From Sulfurimonas sp. (lineage in GTDB: Bacteria; Campylobacterota; Campylobacteria; Campylobacterales; Sulfurimonadaceae): a DNA stretch of 45,020 nt. Every line of letters starts with the position of its first letter. The first letter of the stretch is position 1. The notes below the pieces were generated by a model. It worked only from the letters and a program-made list of their open reading frames with translations. It made no database searches and was not told where the DNA came from. Shown here piece by piece: positions 29,031-38,084 of the stretch. The stretch covers positions 1 through 45,020 of the forward strand of contig JALVXQ010000110.1 in NCBI GenBank assembly GCA_027038255.1, written 5' to 3'. The position numbers and the translations under genes are program-made.

Positions 29031-31153
29031 TAAAATTTGTATTTTAAACCTGCATAAGCCACACATCCCGGATCAACTGTAATTGAAGCGTCTTCTGCAT
29101 TAAGTACATCATCACCATTTCTATCACTAAAAAGATAAACTGTACGGTAGTATTGTGTATTTAAAACATTGTCTACTTTTACAAAGAAGTTGAGTTTTTT
29201 GTTTGGGTTATAATCTGCACGTAAATTCACTTTTGCATATCCAGGCATTGTCACTAAGTTGGTCTCATCTGCAAAATAGTGAGATTGTGCATAGACTTCT
29301 GTCATTAAATTGATTTTTTGTATTGGTTTGTAGTTCACAATAAAATCAATTTTATGATGTGGTACACGAGGAAGCTGATTTCCTGTAATATCATAAGTTT
29401 GACTGTAAGTTTCTAACGCTACGAGAAAAGGTTTATGTGATTTATAGTATGCATCAAGATATGTGTATGCTAAAGAGAAAGAGACTTTTTTACTGCGTTT
29501 ACTTTTTAGACTTAACTCAAAACCTTGATTTCGTGCATCTCCAACATTATCGTAGTAGTCACTATCTCCCCAGTTATATGTTCCTGCAACTTTTGAGATA
29601 ATATCTTTTGTATCAGTAATAAAGGCACTTGCTTCATAGGAGATATCTTGTGTGATTTTTCCACGTGAACCTATTTCATAGTTTATATATGTCTCTTTAC
29701 CCAAGTTCTGATTATCTGCTTTTTGGGAGAGTGTAGGGTTTCTAAAACCAGTTGAAACATTTGCATAGAGTGTTTGAGTTTTTTTTATGTTATAGGTAGT
29801 ACCAGCTCTGTATGTTATGTTATTGAAACTTTCACTATCTGTTGTTGCCGTATCACTCCATACAGTTCCATTATAGTCATGATCTAAAGTATCCACTTCA
29901 TATTTATTATAATCATATCTAATATTACCAACAGCTGTAAAATTCTCAGTTAAAGTATATTTTGTTTCACCATACACAGCATATCTATTATCAGTGGAGT
30001 CTTCTATAGAGGATTCCCCTGTATAATAATTTGTATAAGAGTGTGTCCAGTAGCTGTAGCTAGAATAATCTGTAGTTGTTTCATCATATTCACTATAGTC
30101 TCTTTTTCCTATATCTGTTCCTAGCATAAATGCTAGTTTATCAATCGTATTTCTATACTCTGCTTTTACCCCATACTGTTCAACATCATCGTTGCTGTCT
30201 CTTACATAGGTATCATCATCTCCATCTCCATTTAAATCTTGGGGAGATGCTATATAGTCATAGAGATCTTTGTAGTAATAGGTATTTAGAATTAAACTTC
30301 CCATTCTGTCAAAGTCTTTGTTGTAAGTAATATAGTATTTATAGATATCTGAATAGTAATCTTTACTCCAAGCCCAATCTCCATCATCTGCACCAGTTGG
30401 ATTATTCTCTGCTTCTGTTACCCCTGTTACACTACCACGTGTGGTCTCTTGGTATCTTTTTGTTATATCTGCTGAGGCTGTAATATCACTTGTGTCATCT
30501 ATGTAATATGTAAATTTTCCACTAGCTGTTTTTTGGTCATTTTGTGTCTGATACCAATAGCCATCTTCATATTTATAGCCTCCATAAAGACTTAGTGCAT
30601 ATTTGTCACTGCTTTTGTATGCTTTGAGCTCATAATTTTGGTAACCATAACTACCACCTTCTGCACTGAGATCTACACCATTTCTGTTTTTATGTTTTTT
30701 TGTCGTAATGATAACAGCACCTGCTGTTGCATCTGCACCATATAGATAACCGGCACTCCCTTTGATAACTTTGATAGATTCAATTTCATCAATGTTGATT
30801 CCTCTGACTTTACCACCAACTTGCATAACAGGTACACCGTCAATAATAACAGCAACACCTGTGTTTTCTCCCATAAACTCTTGTTGGTTTATTCCACGAA
30901 TGTGGATTTCTACAACATCACTTCTGACATCTGCTGTAATGCCTGGTATAGTTTGTAAGAGTTCATTAATATTTTTTGGATTTATTTCCTCTATTGTTTT
31001 TGAATTAATTGTATTAACAGTAGAGACTTCTGTTTTTTTGTCATAACCTAAATCATCAATCGTGGATGATTTTACTTCAATAGGTGCCAAATCTATCGCT
31101 GATGCATTGATAGCTAAAGCGCAGATTATGGAGAGGTAAACACTTTTTTTCAT
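29030..31153 (-). CDS. TonB-dependent outer membrane receptor
   Basis: Signal peptide; plug motifs 'IPG...IRG...IDGVP...IESIKVIKG...YG...GAVIITTK'; C-terminal 'NVLN...Y...GLKYKF'. Confidence 0.95.
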   Translation of the reverse strand: MKKSVYLSIICALAINASAIDLAPIEVKSSTIDDLGYDKKTEVSTVNTINSKTIEEINPKNINELLQTIPGITADVRSDVVEIHIRGINQQEFMGENTGVAVIIDGVPVMQVGGKVRGINIDEIESIKVIKGSAGYLYGADATAGAVIITTKKHKNRNGVDLSAEGGSYGYQNYELKAYKSSDKYALSLYGGYKYEDGYWYQTQNDQKTASGKFTYYIDDTSDITASADITKRYQETTRGSVTGVTEAENNPTGADDGDWAWSKDYYSDIYKYYITYNKDFDRMGSLILNTYYYKDLYDYIASPQDLNGDGDDDTYVRDSNDDVEQYGVKAEYRNTIDKLAFMLGTDIGKRDYSEYDETTTDYSSYSYWTHSYTNYYTGESSIEDSTDNRYAVYGETKYTLTENFTAVGNIRYDYNKYEVDTLDHDYNGTVWSDTATTDSESFNNITYRAGTTYNIKKTQTLYANVSTGFRNPTLSQKADNQNLGKETYINYEIGSRGKITQDISYEASAFITDTKDIISKVAGTYNWGDSDYYDNVGDARNQGFELSLKSKRSKKVSFSLAYTYLDAYYKSHKPFLVALETYSQTYDITGNQLPRVPHHKIDFIVNYKPIQKINLMTEVYAQSHYFADETNLVTMPGYAKVNLRADYNPNKKLNFFVKVDNVLNTQYYRTVYLFSDRNGDDVLNAEDASITVDPGCVAYAGLKYKF

Positions 31154-31177
31154 TTTAATTTCCTTTTTTAAGAATGA

Positions 31178-31209
31178 ATTATATGAAAAGATTGTTACAA
31201 AAGTGTTAA
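31178..31209 (-). promoter_or_regulatory. Promoter of the TBDR-DCCP operon with a tandem direct repeat
   Basis: Minus strand reads TTAACA-CTTTT-GTAACA-N9-TATAAT, then an AAGGA RBS. Confidence 0.55.
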
Positions 31210-31280
31210 TTTTTAATTTTAAGATATAGTTAAGATTATTCTCTCTTGACTGTAGATTGACATCTAGCTACAATTCTTGT

Positions 31281-31868
31281 ATGTATGAAAATGTTTATGA
31301 ACAAATTACAGATTCTTTGGTAAATCATGGTTATGTTGTTATAGAAGATGCTTTACATGAGACACTGGCATCGAAACTGTTTGCACAAGCAAAAGAGGAA
31401 CAAAACTATAAGGTGGCTGGGGTTTCCACTGCTTCTGCAATAGATACGAACAGACGAAGAGATAAAATTCACTGGATAGATGCTGAGAGTGAAGCTACAC
31501 AAGAGTATCTTGATTTTACAAACGGCTTGCGTGAGTATTTGAATCGTTCTTTGTATCTTGGACTCAATTATTATGAGGCACATTTTGCGGTGTATCAAAA
31601 GGGTGATTTTTATGAGAAACATCTCGATGCTTTTAAAAACTCTAAAAATCGAGTAGTTACGACAGTTTATTATCTCAATGATGCATGGAGTGAGGAGGAT
31701 GGTGGGGAGTTGCTTATGTATGATAAAGAGGGAAATTTTATCAAAAAAGTGTTACCTAACGCGAATACTCTTGTAGTCTTTATGAGTGAAGAGTTCCCTC
31801 ATGAAGTACTTCCTGCAGGTAAAGAACGTTACTCTATAGCCGGATGGTTTCGTATAGATAAAAGATGA
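31281..31868 (+). CDS. 2OG-Fe(II) oxygenase (SM-20/EGLN-like prolyl hydroxylase family)
   Basis: Motifs 'RRDKIHW', 'YEKHLD' (HxD), 'YYLN..W...DGGEL', 'HEVLP', 'RYSIAGWF'. Confidence 0.9.
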   Translation: MYENVYEQITDSLVNHGYVVIEDALHETLASKLFAQAKEEQNYKVAGVSTASAIDTNRRRDKIHWIDAESEATQEYLDFTNGLREYLNRSLYLGLNYYEAHFAVYQKGDFYEKHLDAFKNSKNRVVTTVYYLNDAWSEEDGGELLMYDKEGNFIKKVLPNANTLVVFMSEEFPHEVLPAGKERYSIAGWFRIDKR

Positions 31869-31903
31869 AATTTGTTGTATAATATTGTTATAGGATATAA
31901 CAA

Positions 31904-33148
31904 ATGAAACATGTTTACGTAGCAAGACAACCGGTTTTAGATAAAAAATCTAATATATGTGCCTATGAGATTCTCTACCGAGACTCAAATCAAACAAACA
32001 GAGTTGAGAATGACCGTTACGCGAGTGCTTCGGTTATTAGCAGTGTACTCAATCAATTCGGAAAAAAAAGAATTTTAGGTGATAAACACGCTTTTGTAAA
32101 GATTGATGAGAAGTTTCTTCTCAATGACATTATATTTTCCATTCCAAAAGAGTTTTTTATTTTTTCCATTTTCAGCAGTGTAAAAATGAGTGAAAAGATT
32201 GTTGAGAGAATAGAGCAATTGCATGCCAAAGGGTATATTATAGCCATTGACAATCTTGCTCTGACAGAGGAGGCTATAAGCAAGTACACTCCTCTGTTTG
32301 CACATCTCTCTTATTTTAAAATTTTCATTGACAAGAGTGCAGAACTCAAAAAAAACATACAGACTCTTCATGCAAAAAACATTGAAGTTGTCGGTGTAAA
32401 AATCGAAGATGAAGTGAACTTTAAACTTGCCAAAGCCTTGAACTGTGATGCCTTTGAGGGCTACTATTTTGCACAGCCGAAGCTTATGGAGAATGCAGAG
32501 TACAATCCTACACGAATGGCCGTGCTGCGTCTTTATAATATTTTGATGGAAGACAGAAATATTGATGAGGCGGCAGATGAGTTTGAGAAAAATCCTGAAA
32601 TCACTGTACAGCTTCTGCAGTTCATAAACTCTGCAGCTTTTTCCTTCAGAAAAAAGATCTCTTCCATTCACCATGTGATTGTGCTTATTGGACGTATTCA
32701 ACTTGCAAAATGGTTGATGTTGATGATATATTCCAAATCAGTTTCATCAAGTTTTGAGGTATCGCCTTTGATGTTAATGGTGAAAAACAGAACAGAACTT
32801 ATGGAGAGAATTTTAAAAGAGATACGACCTGATGCCCGTTCCAATATGCTTGGCGAAGCTTATATGGTGGGTGTACTTTCGTTGATGGATACGATTTTTT
32901 CTATGCCGCTTGAAGAAATTTTGCAAAACATTAATGTCTCTGATGAGGTTAAAGATGCACTTATGAATGATGTAGGTTTGTTTGGTGAGATATATAAGGT
33001 TGTTCGAAGTGTAGAAAAAATGGATATCAATACAATTGTAGATTTTGAGATGAAATACAAACTTGCGCCGAATAAAATAAAAAACATCATTATGACAGCC
33101 ATTGAAGAGGTCGCAAAACTGGAAAACCCTAGCGAAAATGAAGAGTAA
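31904..33148 (+). CDS. EAL + HDOD domain signalling protein (YuxH-like)
   Basis: Motifs 'VARQP', 'YEILYR', 'FEGYYFAQP', 'LLQFINSA', 'GVLSLMD'. Confidence 0.9.
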   Translation: MKHVYVARQPVLDKKSNICAYEILYRDSNQTNRVENDRYASASVISSVLNQFGKKRILGDKHAFVKIDEKFLLNDIIFSIPKEFFIFSIFSSVKMSEKIVERIEQLHAKGYIIAIDNLALTEEAISKYTPLFAHLSYFKIFIDKSAELKKNIQTLHAKNIEVVGVKIEDEVNFKLAKALNCDAFEGYYFAQPKLMENAEYNPTRMAVLRLYNILMEDRNIDEAADEFEKNPEITVQLLQFINSAAFSFRKKISSIHHVIVLIGRIQLAKWLMLMIYSKSVSSSFEVSPLMLMVKNRTELMERILKEIRPDARSNMLGEAYMVGVLSLMDTIFSMPLEEILQNINVSDEVKDALMNDVGLFGEIYKVVRSVEKMDINTIVDFEMKYKLAPNKIKNIIMTAIEEVAKLENPSENEE

Positions 33149-33558
33149 TCTCAGTTCCTCTGTTTTTTTCTGATTGGATCGAAAGCGTGTAGCCATACTC
33201 TTTGACGATGGAGTCAACAATGTTAAGCCCGACGCCAAATCCTCCGGCATAGGGGTTTGCCCGTACAAAACGTTGAAAAATTACTGCGAGTTTCTCTTTT
33301 TCTATGCCGATACCCTCATCCTTTGGGGTATTGAGTTCATGGGTTGTCTCTTTGACAAAGCTCTCTATCTCTTCGACTTAATGAAAAATTTGGGCTCCTA
33401 AAACATTCATCAAACTTCGGTATATTGGGAATAAACAAAGGATTATTTACAGATGGCTGTAAAAAAATGCAAAAACTTGTCCAGAATGTAATTCCAAAAA
33501 CACTATTTCTAAGGGTTCAAGAAGAGGAATTAAAAGATTTTTTTGTTATCTTATTCAT
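33129..33558 (-). pseudogene. Decayed sensor histidine kinase (CrdS-like)
   Basis: H-box 'SFVKETTHELNTP' is fused directly to G1/F/G2 'KDEGIGIEKEKLAVIFQRFVR...GGFGVGLNIV...GTEITLHFR*'. The N-box is missing and the 5' part is interrupted by stops. Confidence 0.85.
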
Positions 33559-33854
33559 ACAGATAGCCCTCACCACGGATTGTTTTAATCTTCTCTTTGA
33601 GGTTTGAATCTCTTTTGTCTGTGGGTTGAAGCTCATACTTTCACTTATTGGTTCCTGTTGTGTTGTGTCTATGTGAAAAAGAGCGCAGTTCTTCAAGCAG
33701 TTCTAAACCATTTTGACCGGTGACATTGATGTCAAATATGAACAAGTCATAGCTCTCATTCTCTAAAAGCGTAATCAACGCTGTAATCTTCACGCAAAAA
33801 GTCGAGTAAAATATCGGATAAAACCGGATTATCTTCCATAAGCAGTATATTCAT
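33551..33854 (-). pseudogene. Decayed OmpR-family response regulator (CrdR-like)
   Basis: 'MNILLMEDNPVLSDILLDFL', then a frameshift, 'YDLFIFDINVTGQNGLELL', then a deletion, and the wing motif 'IKTIRGEGYLYE*' overlapping the kinase ATG. Confidence 0.85.
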
Positions 33855-33885
33855 GGTCTGCATTTTAGCATAATAATATATAATA

Positions 33886-33914
33886 TTGCATTTTTTATCC
33901 GATTATCGTATAAT
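33886..33914 (+). promoter_or_regulatory. Sigma70 promoter of the AbiEii-type TA pair
   Basis: TTGCAT-N17-TATAAT with the palindrome CGAT-T-ATCG in the spacer, followed by an AAGGAG RBS. Confidence 0.65.
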
Positions 33915-33933
33915 TATAAAAAAGGAGTTTAGT

Positions 33934-34323
33934 ATGAAAGTAAAAGATATACATTCCATCTTTGGTGTCGCTCCTGCCACATATTTTGATTGGAGCAAAA
34001 AAGATCATAAAAAAAAGAAGCTCGCTACTTTGTTGAAAAATATAGAACTTGATGAAGCATTGGCTTTACTTGAAAAAGAATCTAAAGAAAAAGAAAAGCC
34101 GATGATGCTCCTATCCACGGTCAATTGCTCTATAGGTAATAAGCAAAAACACTTTACTCTTACAAAATTAAAAAATCTCTTTTACAAAAAAGAAGAGTTG
34201 GACCCATATGAGAAATATGCTCTAAAAACGATTAAAAAAGAGGCTACACAACAAGAGATAGAAGAGTTCTTGAATTATTATCATATACCACTTAACAGAG
34301 TTGATAAAGTACTCTCTGCATGA
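33934..34323 (+). CDS. Putative antitoxin with N-terminal HTH
   Basis: ATG after AAGGAG; HTH-like 'KDIHSIFGVAPATYFDW'; ATGA overlap with the toxin gene. Confidence 0.65.
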   Translation: MKVKDIHSIFGVAPATYFDWSKKDHKKKKLATLLKNIELDEALALLEKESKEKEKPMMLLSTVNCSIGNKQKHFTLTKLKNLFYKKEELDPYEKYALKTIKKEATQQEIEEFLNYYHIPLNRVDKVLSA

Positions 34324-35027
34324 CAAATAACATTGATTTTATACAAGAGCATTACCAAGATCAAATAAAAGCTTACAAGGCTTTTATCAAAGATGCTTAT
34401 CCTTATTTACCTAATAGAGACAACTCTCTAATCAGATTTGGTGGAGGTACAGCTCTTGCCATTTATTATTTTCAACACAGATTGAGTTTTGATATTGATC
34501 TTTTTGTTACAGATATACAAATCCTTAATTATTTGAGTCCTAAACACTGGATTGAAGAAACGAGTTTATTTAACAGTGGCTCATATATTGACCTTTCAAA
34601 TCATATTCGTGTTTTACATAAAGAGAACAATATAAAAATTGATGTTTTAGTAGCACAAGAGGCATCAAAAGATTATTTAATTGATGATTCTAAAAAAATA
34701 TTTGATACAACAATATATGTTGAGAGTATTGAAGATATCATCGCTAAAAAGATTGTGTATCGTCGTAAAGATAATTTGACAAGAGATATTATCGATATTG
34801 CAATTTCTATCAAATATGCAGATAATATTTTACAAAAACTATATGATATTGAGAAAATTGACAGGAATGATGTTCAGGAACTTTACAACTCTTTATTGGA
34901 ATTAGATTTGAGTATTTTTAGGGAAGAAGTAGAGATTGTACAACCATTTGAAAAATATTTAGAAGATGCTTACAATGCTCCTGAAATGATTCAAGAAGTT
35001 TGTCGAGGTATATTAAAGGCTGAATAA
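34320..35027 (+). CDS. AbiEii/AbiGii-family nucleotidyltransferase toxin
   Basis: Motifs 'FGGGTALAIYYFQHRLSFDIDLF', 'IKIDV', 'EDIIAKK', 'R...RDIIDI'. Confidence 0.88.
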   Translation: MTNNIDFIQEHYQDQIKAYKAFIKDAYPYLPNRDNSLIRFGGGTALAIYYFQHRLSFDIDLFVTDIQILNYLSPKHWIEETSLFNSGSYIDLSNHIRVLHKENNIKIDVLVAQEASKDYLIDDSKKIFDTTIYVESIEDIIAKKIVYRRKDNLTRDIIDIAISIKYADNILQKLYDIEKIDRNDVQELYNSLLELDLSIFREEVEIVQPFEKYLEDAYNAPEMIQEVCRGILKAE

Positions 35028-35102
35028 TATTCACGAGAAATTTATTTGTCACACCTAATTCATACTTAGAATGTTGCAAGAAGTTTACTATATAATACAT
35101 TT

Positions 35103-35876
35103 ATGGTTATAAAAATAGAAAATATAGAAGATGAGGCGCTTAAGGTCTATCATGCCCTGCGTGACAAAGGGATCTTAAATGACGGGAGTTTTATTGCAGA
35201 CTCTCCAAAAGTGGTCAATCTCATTTTAGAAAAAACAGATATTGTAATTCAGAGTATTTTGGCAACTCCGGAGTACTTTGAAGAGCATAAAGCACTGCTT
35301 GCTTCACGCAACATTCCCATAATGTATGTAGCGAGCAAAGAGGAGATGGGCAAGATAGTCGGGCATAAGCTTCATCATAATTGCATGATGCATGCAAAAC
35401 GTCCACAAGATGTGACTTTAGAAGCAATGGGTGAGCAGATTTTACTGCTTGACAACATCACTTCAAGTGAAAATGTCGGTGCGATTGCACGGAGTATGGC
35501 TGCACTTGGGGTAGATTCTTTTATGCTTGGAAAAAGCTCGCCTCACCCTTTTAACAGAAGGGCACTACGGGTTTCGATGGGCTATGCTTCGATGCTGAAA
35601 GTGCATGTGTATGAAACGTTAAAGGAGAGCATCCATGCTTTGAAATCCTTGGGCTACACCATCTATGCTGCGGAAGTAAACGAGAATGCAAAACCGCTTG
35701 CTTCTGTCAATCCAGAGGGGAAATGGGTGCTCATTATGGGGCATGAAGGCTTTGGCATTGCAGATGATATTTTAGAGTTATGTGATGTGGTGGTAAGTAT
35801 TGAGATGCAAGAAGATGTAAAAAGTTTCAATGTTGCCATCGCCGCTTCAATAATGATGTATAATTTCAAGAAATAA
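35103..35876 (+). CDS. TrmH/SpoU-family RNA methyltransferase
   Basis: Motifs 'ENVGAIARS', 'RVSMG', 'MGHEGFGI', 'SFNVAIAASI'. Confidence 0.92.
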   Translation: MVIKIENIEDEALKVYHALRDKGILNDGSFIADSPKVVNLILEKTDIVIQSILATPEYFEEHKALLASRNIPIMYVASKEEMGKIVGHKLHHNCMMHAKRPQDVTLEAMGEQILLLDNITSSENVGAIARSMAALGVDSFMLGKSSPHPFNRRALRVSMGYASMLKVHVYETLKESIHALKSLGYTIYAAEVNENAKPLASVNPEGKWVLIMGHEGFGIADDILELCDVVVSIEMQEDVKSFNVAIAASIMMYNFKK

Positions 35877-35887
35877 GAGGTACTTTT

Positions 35888-37246
35888 ATGAATTTTTCAA
35901 AACTTCCACTCACGCAAGCGATGCTAACAAACTTAGATACGCTCGGCTATAAAAAGATGACACCCATTCAAGATGCAGCACTTCCTGCTGTTTTAGAGGG
36001 AAAAGATGTGATGGCTGAGGCAAAAACAGGCAGCGGAAAAACGGCTGCTTTTGGCATAGGTGTTCTGCATAATCTTGATGTTAAAAAGTTCCGTGTGCAG
36101 TCTTTAATCCTCTGCCCGACACGTGAGCTTGCCGACCAGGTAGCAAAAGAGCTGCGCCGTTTGGCACGTTTTGCCCATAATATTAAGATTTTGATGCTGA
36201 CAGGCGGAGAGTCTTTTGGCAAACAGCTCGGCTCGCTTTCGCATCAGGCACACATTGTTGTTGGAACACCTGGTCGTGTACTCAAACATCTCAACAAAGA
36301 GAGTCTGGACTTGAGTAATTTGAACACTTTCGTTCTCGATGAAGCAGACAGAATGCTTGACATGGGCTTCATCGAAGAGATAGAGTCTCTGCTTGCCTTT
36401 ATGCCAAAAGAGCGCCAAACTCTGCTTTTTTCCGCGACTTATGACGGGGAAGTGAAAAAAGTGGCAAAGGAGTTCCTGCGTGAGCCTGTCATCGTTAAGA
36501 CGACTGCAGATGAACTGCCTAATGAGATAGAAGAGATTTTTTATGCCTGCAGCGATAAATTAAATACATTTGTAAAGATACTCGCCCAAAAAAAGCCAAA
36601 AAATGTCATCATCTTTACCAATACAAAACTCGAAGCAAAAGAGTTGGCTGAGAAGCTGATAGAAAAAAAGATAGATGCTTTGGCAATTCACGGGGATTTA
36701 GAGCAGTATGAACGTAATGATGTTCTTGTACAGTTCGCAAACGGCTCGACTCCCATACTTGTCGCAACCGATGTAGCTGCACGCGGGCTTGACATCAAAG
36801 AGCTCTCAATGGTCGTCAATTATGACCTGCCTCATACTGAGGAGACCTACACGCACCGCATAGGACGGACAGGACGCGCAGGGGCAAAAGGTATTGCTAT
36901 AACACTCTACTCCACTTATGAGATAGAAAAAGTAGAGCCTTATAAAAGCAGTGAAAAACGCCTGTTTTTAGAGGCGGATACACTACCGGAGGCAAAAGGC
37001 TTTGAGATGAAACCTGAGTTTGTTACACTTGTCATTGAGGGTGGAAAGAAAGACAAACTACGTGCAGGGGACATTCTTGGAGCATTGACAGGCGAAGCTG
37101 GCTTGCAGGGAAAAAGCATTGGCAAGATAGACATTTATGATAAGCAGGCCTATGTTGCAATAGCGGGTGATGTCATAGATAGAGCATATAAGTACCTCAA
37201 AGATGGTAAGATTAAAAATAGAAAATTTAGTATCTGGCAGCTTTAA
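35888..37246 (+). CDS. dbpA: ATP-dependent RNA helicase DbpA
   Basis: Motifs 'AKTGSGKT', 'PTRELA', 'DEAD', 'SAT', 'HRIGRTGRAG'; C-terminal 'GGKKDKLRAGDILGALT' RNA-binding domain. Confidence 0.95.
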   Translation: MNFSKLPLTQAMLTNLDTLGYKKMTPIQDAALPAVLEGKDVMAEAKTGSGKTAAFGIGVLHNLDVKKFRVQSLILCPTRELADQVAKELRRLARFAHNIKILMLTGGESFGKQLGSLSHQAHIVVGTPGRVLKHLNKESLDLSNLNTFVLDEADRMLDMGFIEEIESLLAFMPKERQTLLFSATYDGEVKKVAKEFLREPVIVKTTADELPNEIEEIFYACSDKLNTFVKILAQKKPKNVIIFTNTKLEAKELAEKLIEKKIDALAIHGDLEQYERNDVLVQFANGSTPILVATDVAARGLDIKELSMVVNYDLPHTEETYTHRIGRTGRAGAKGIAITLYSTYEIEKVEPYKSSEKRLFLEADTLPEAKGFEMKPEFVTLVIEGGKKDKLRAGDILGALTGEAGLQGKSIGKIDIYDKQAYVAIAGDVIDRAYKYLKDGKIKNRKFSIWQL

Positions 37247-37318
37247 AAATTTAAAGAAATAGTAAATAATTTATGATTTTTGTGCTATAATTTTTATATA
37301 TGCGTTAAGGAGGATGAT

Positions 37319-37540
37319 ATGCAAATAGCTCAGTATACATTTCAATCACCTTATCCAAGTCCTGTTCAGGTAGGGCGATTGGATCCTAGCTCACTTAAAG
37401 AAAACAGCTCAAATGCGGGGCAATCAGACCCTGTTGCACTCAAAAATGCAACAGTGCAAAAAGCACAAAATTTTGAGGCTACAGAAAAAACAGAAGTAAA
37501 ACCAGTAGTAAGTAATACCCAGTTAGATATTTATGCTTAA
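37319..37540 (+). CDS. Small hypothetical protein (73 aa) ending in LDIYA
   Basis: Extended -10 (TGCTATAAT) and AAGGAGG RBS precede the ATG at 37319. Confidence 0.7.
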   Translation: MQIAQYTFQSPYPSPVQVGRLDPSSLKENSSNAGQSDPVALKNATVQKAQNFEATEKTEVKPVVSNTQLDIYA

Positions 37541-38082
37541 GAAGTACAGTCTTTTGAAACTTCTTTAAGCATCCACTCCCATTTTCCATAGCCACTGTCG
37601 GCATTGAGATGTCCACCGTTTTGTATCACTTTCATCTCTACATCTAATACTTTTTGCAGGCTTTGTGCCTCTTTTGGTCTCATATACGGGTCATTTGTTG
37701 AGGTGACAAGCATGACATCTTTAGCATAGAGATTTTGCGGCAATACTACGGGAAAAAATTCAGAAAGTTCTTCTATATTGCAGGCGAGACTAGGTGGCGC
37801 AACAAGATAGAGTTTTTGAACCTGCGTGAGCTTTTGCTCTGCACAGAGGTGAAACCATAGGGTGTTTGCCAAAGAGTGACAGATGACGATGTCAGGTTTG
37901 AAATCTTCAAGTGTGCTACTGAGCTCACGCAGCCATACATCAAGTTTTGGCGTATCAAAATCAGAGAACTTTAAAAAGTTCACGCAGCCATAGTCTTTTG
38001 CGAGTTCGCCTGCAAGCCAGCTTTGCCAGTGTGGATAATCACTGCCGCCCCAACCATGCAGAAGAAGAACTTTTTTATGCAT
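37537..38082 (-). CDS. RBBP9/YdeN-family alpha/beta hydrolase
   Basis: Motifs 'LHGWGGS..HWQ', 'CHSLA', 'LVAPP', 'STNDPY', 'GGHLN'. Confidence 0.9.
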   Translation of the reverse strand: MHKKVLLLHGWGGSDYPHWQSWLAGELAKDYGCVNFLKFSDFDTPKLDVWLRELSSTLEDFKPDIVICHSLANTLWFHLCAEQKLTQVQKLYLVAPPSLACNIEELSEFFPVVLPQNLYAKDVMLVTSTNDPYMRPKEAQSLQKVLDVEMKVIQNGGHLNADSGYGKWEWMLKEVSKDCTS

Positions 38083-38084
38083 CT

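Noticed and set aside
31154-31280. Fur box or cobalamin riboswitch upstream of the TBDR
   Set aside because: No Fur palindrome is recognisable, and only about 25 nt separate the -10 box from the ATG.
31281-31868. 2OG-Fe(II) oxygenase as a PiuC-like member of the TBDR system
   Set aside because: It is divergently transcribed and its motifs fit the SM-20/EGLN-like family. No link can be supported from sequence alone.
32075-32701. 208-aa minus-strand ORF and other short overlapping ORFs in the track
   Set aside because: They lie antisense to or within well-supported genes and have no recognisable motifs.
33174-33607. Plus-strand ORFs of 75 and 60 aa
   Set aside because: Antisense to the kinase/regulator pseudogene fragments, with no RBS or motifs.
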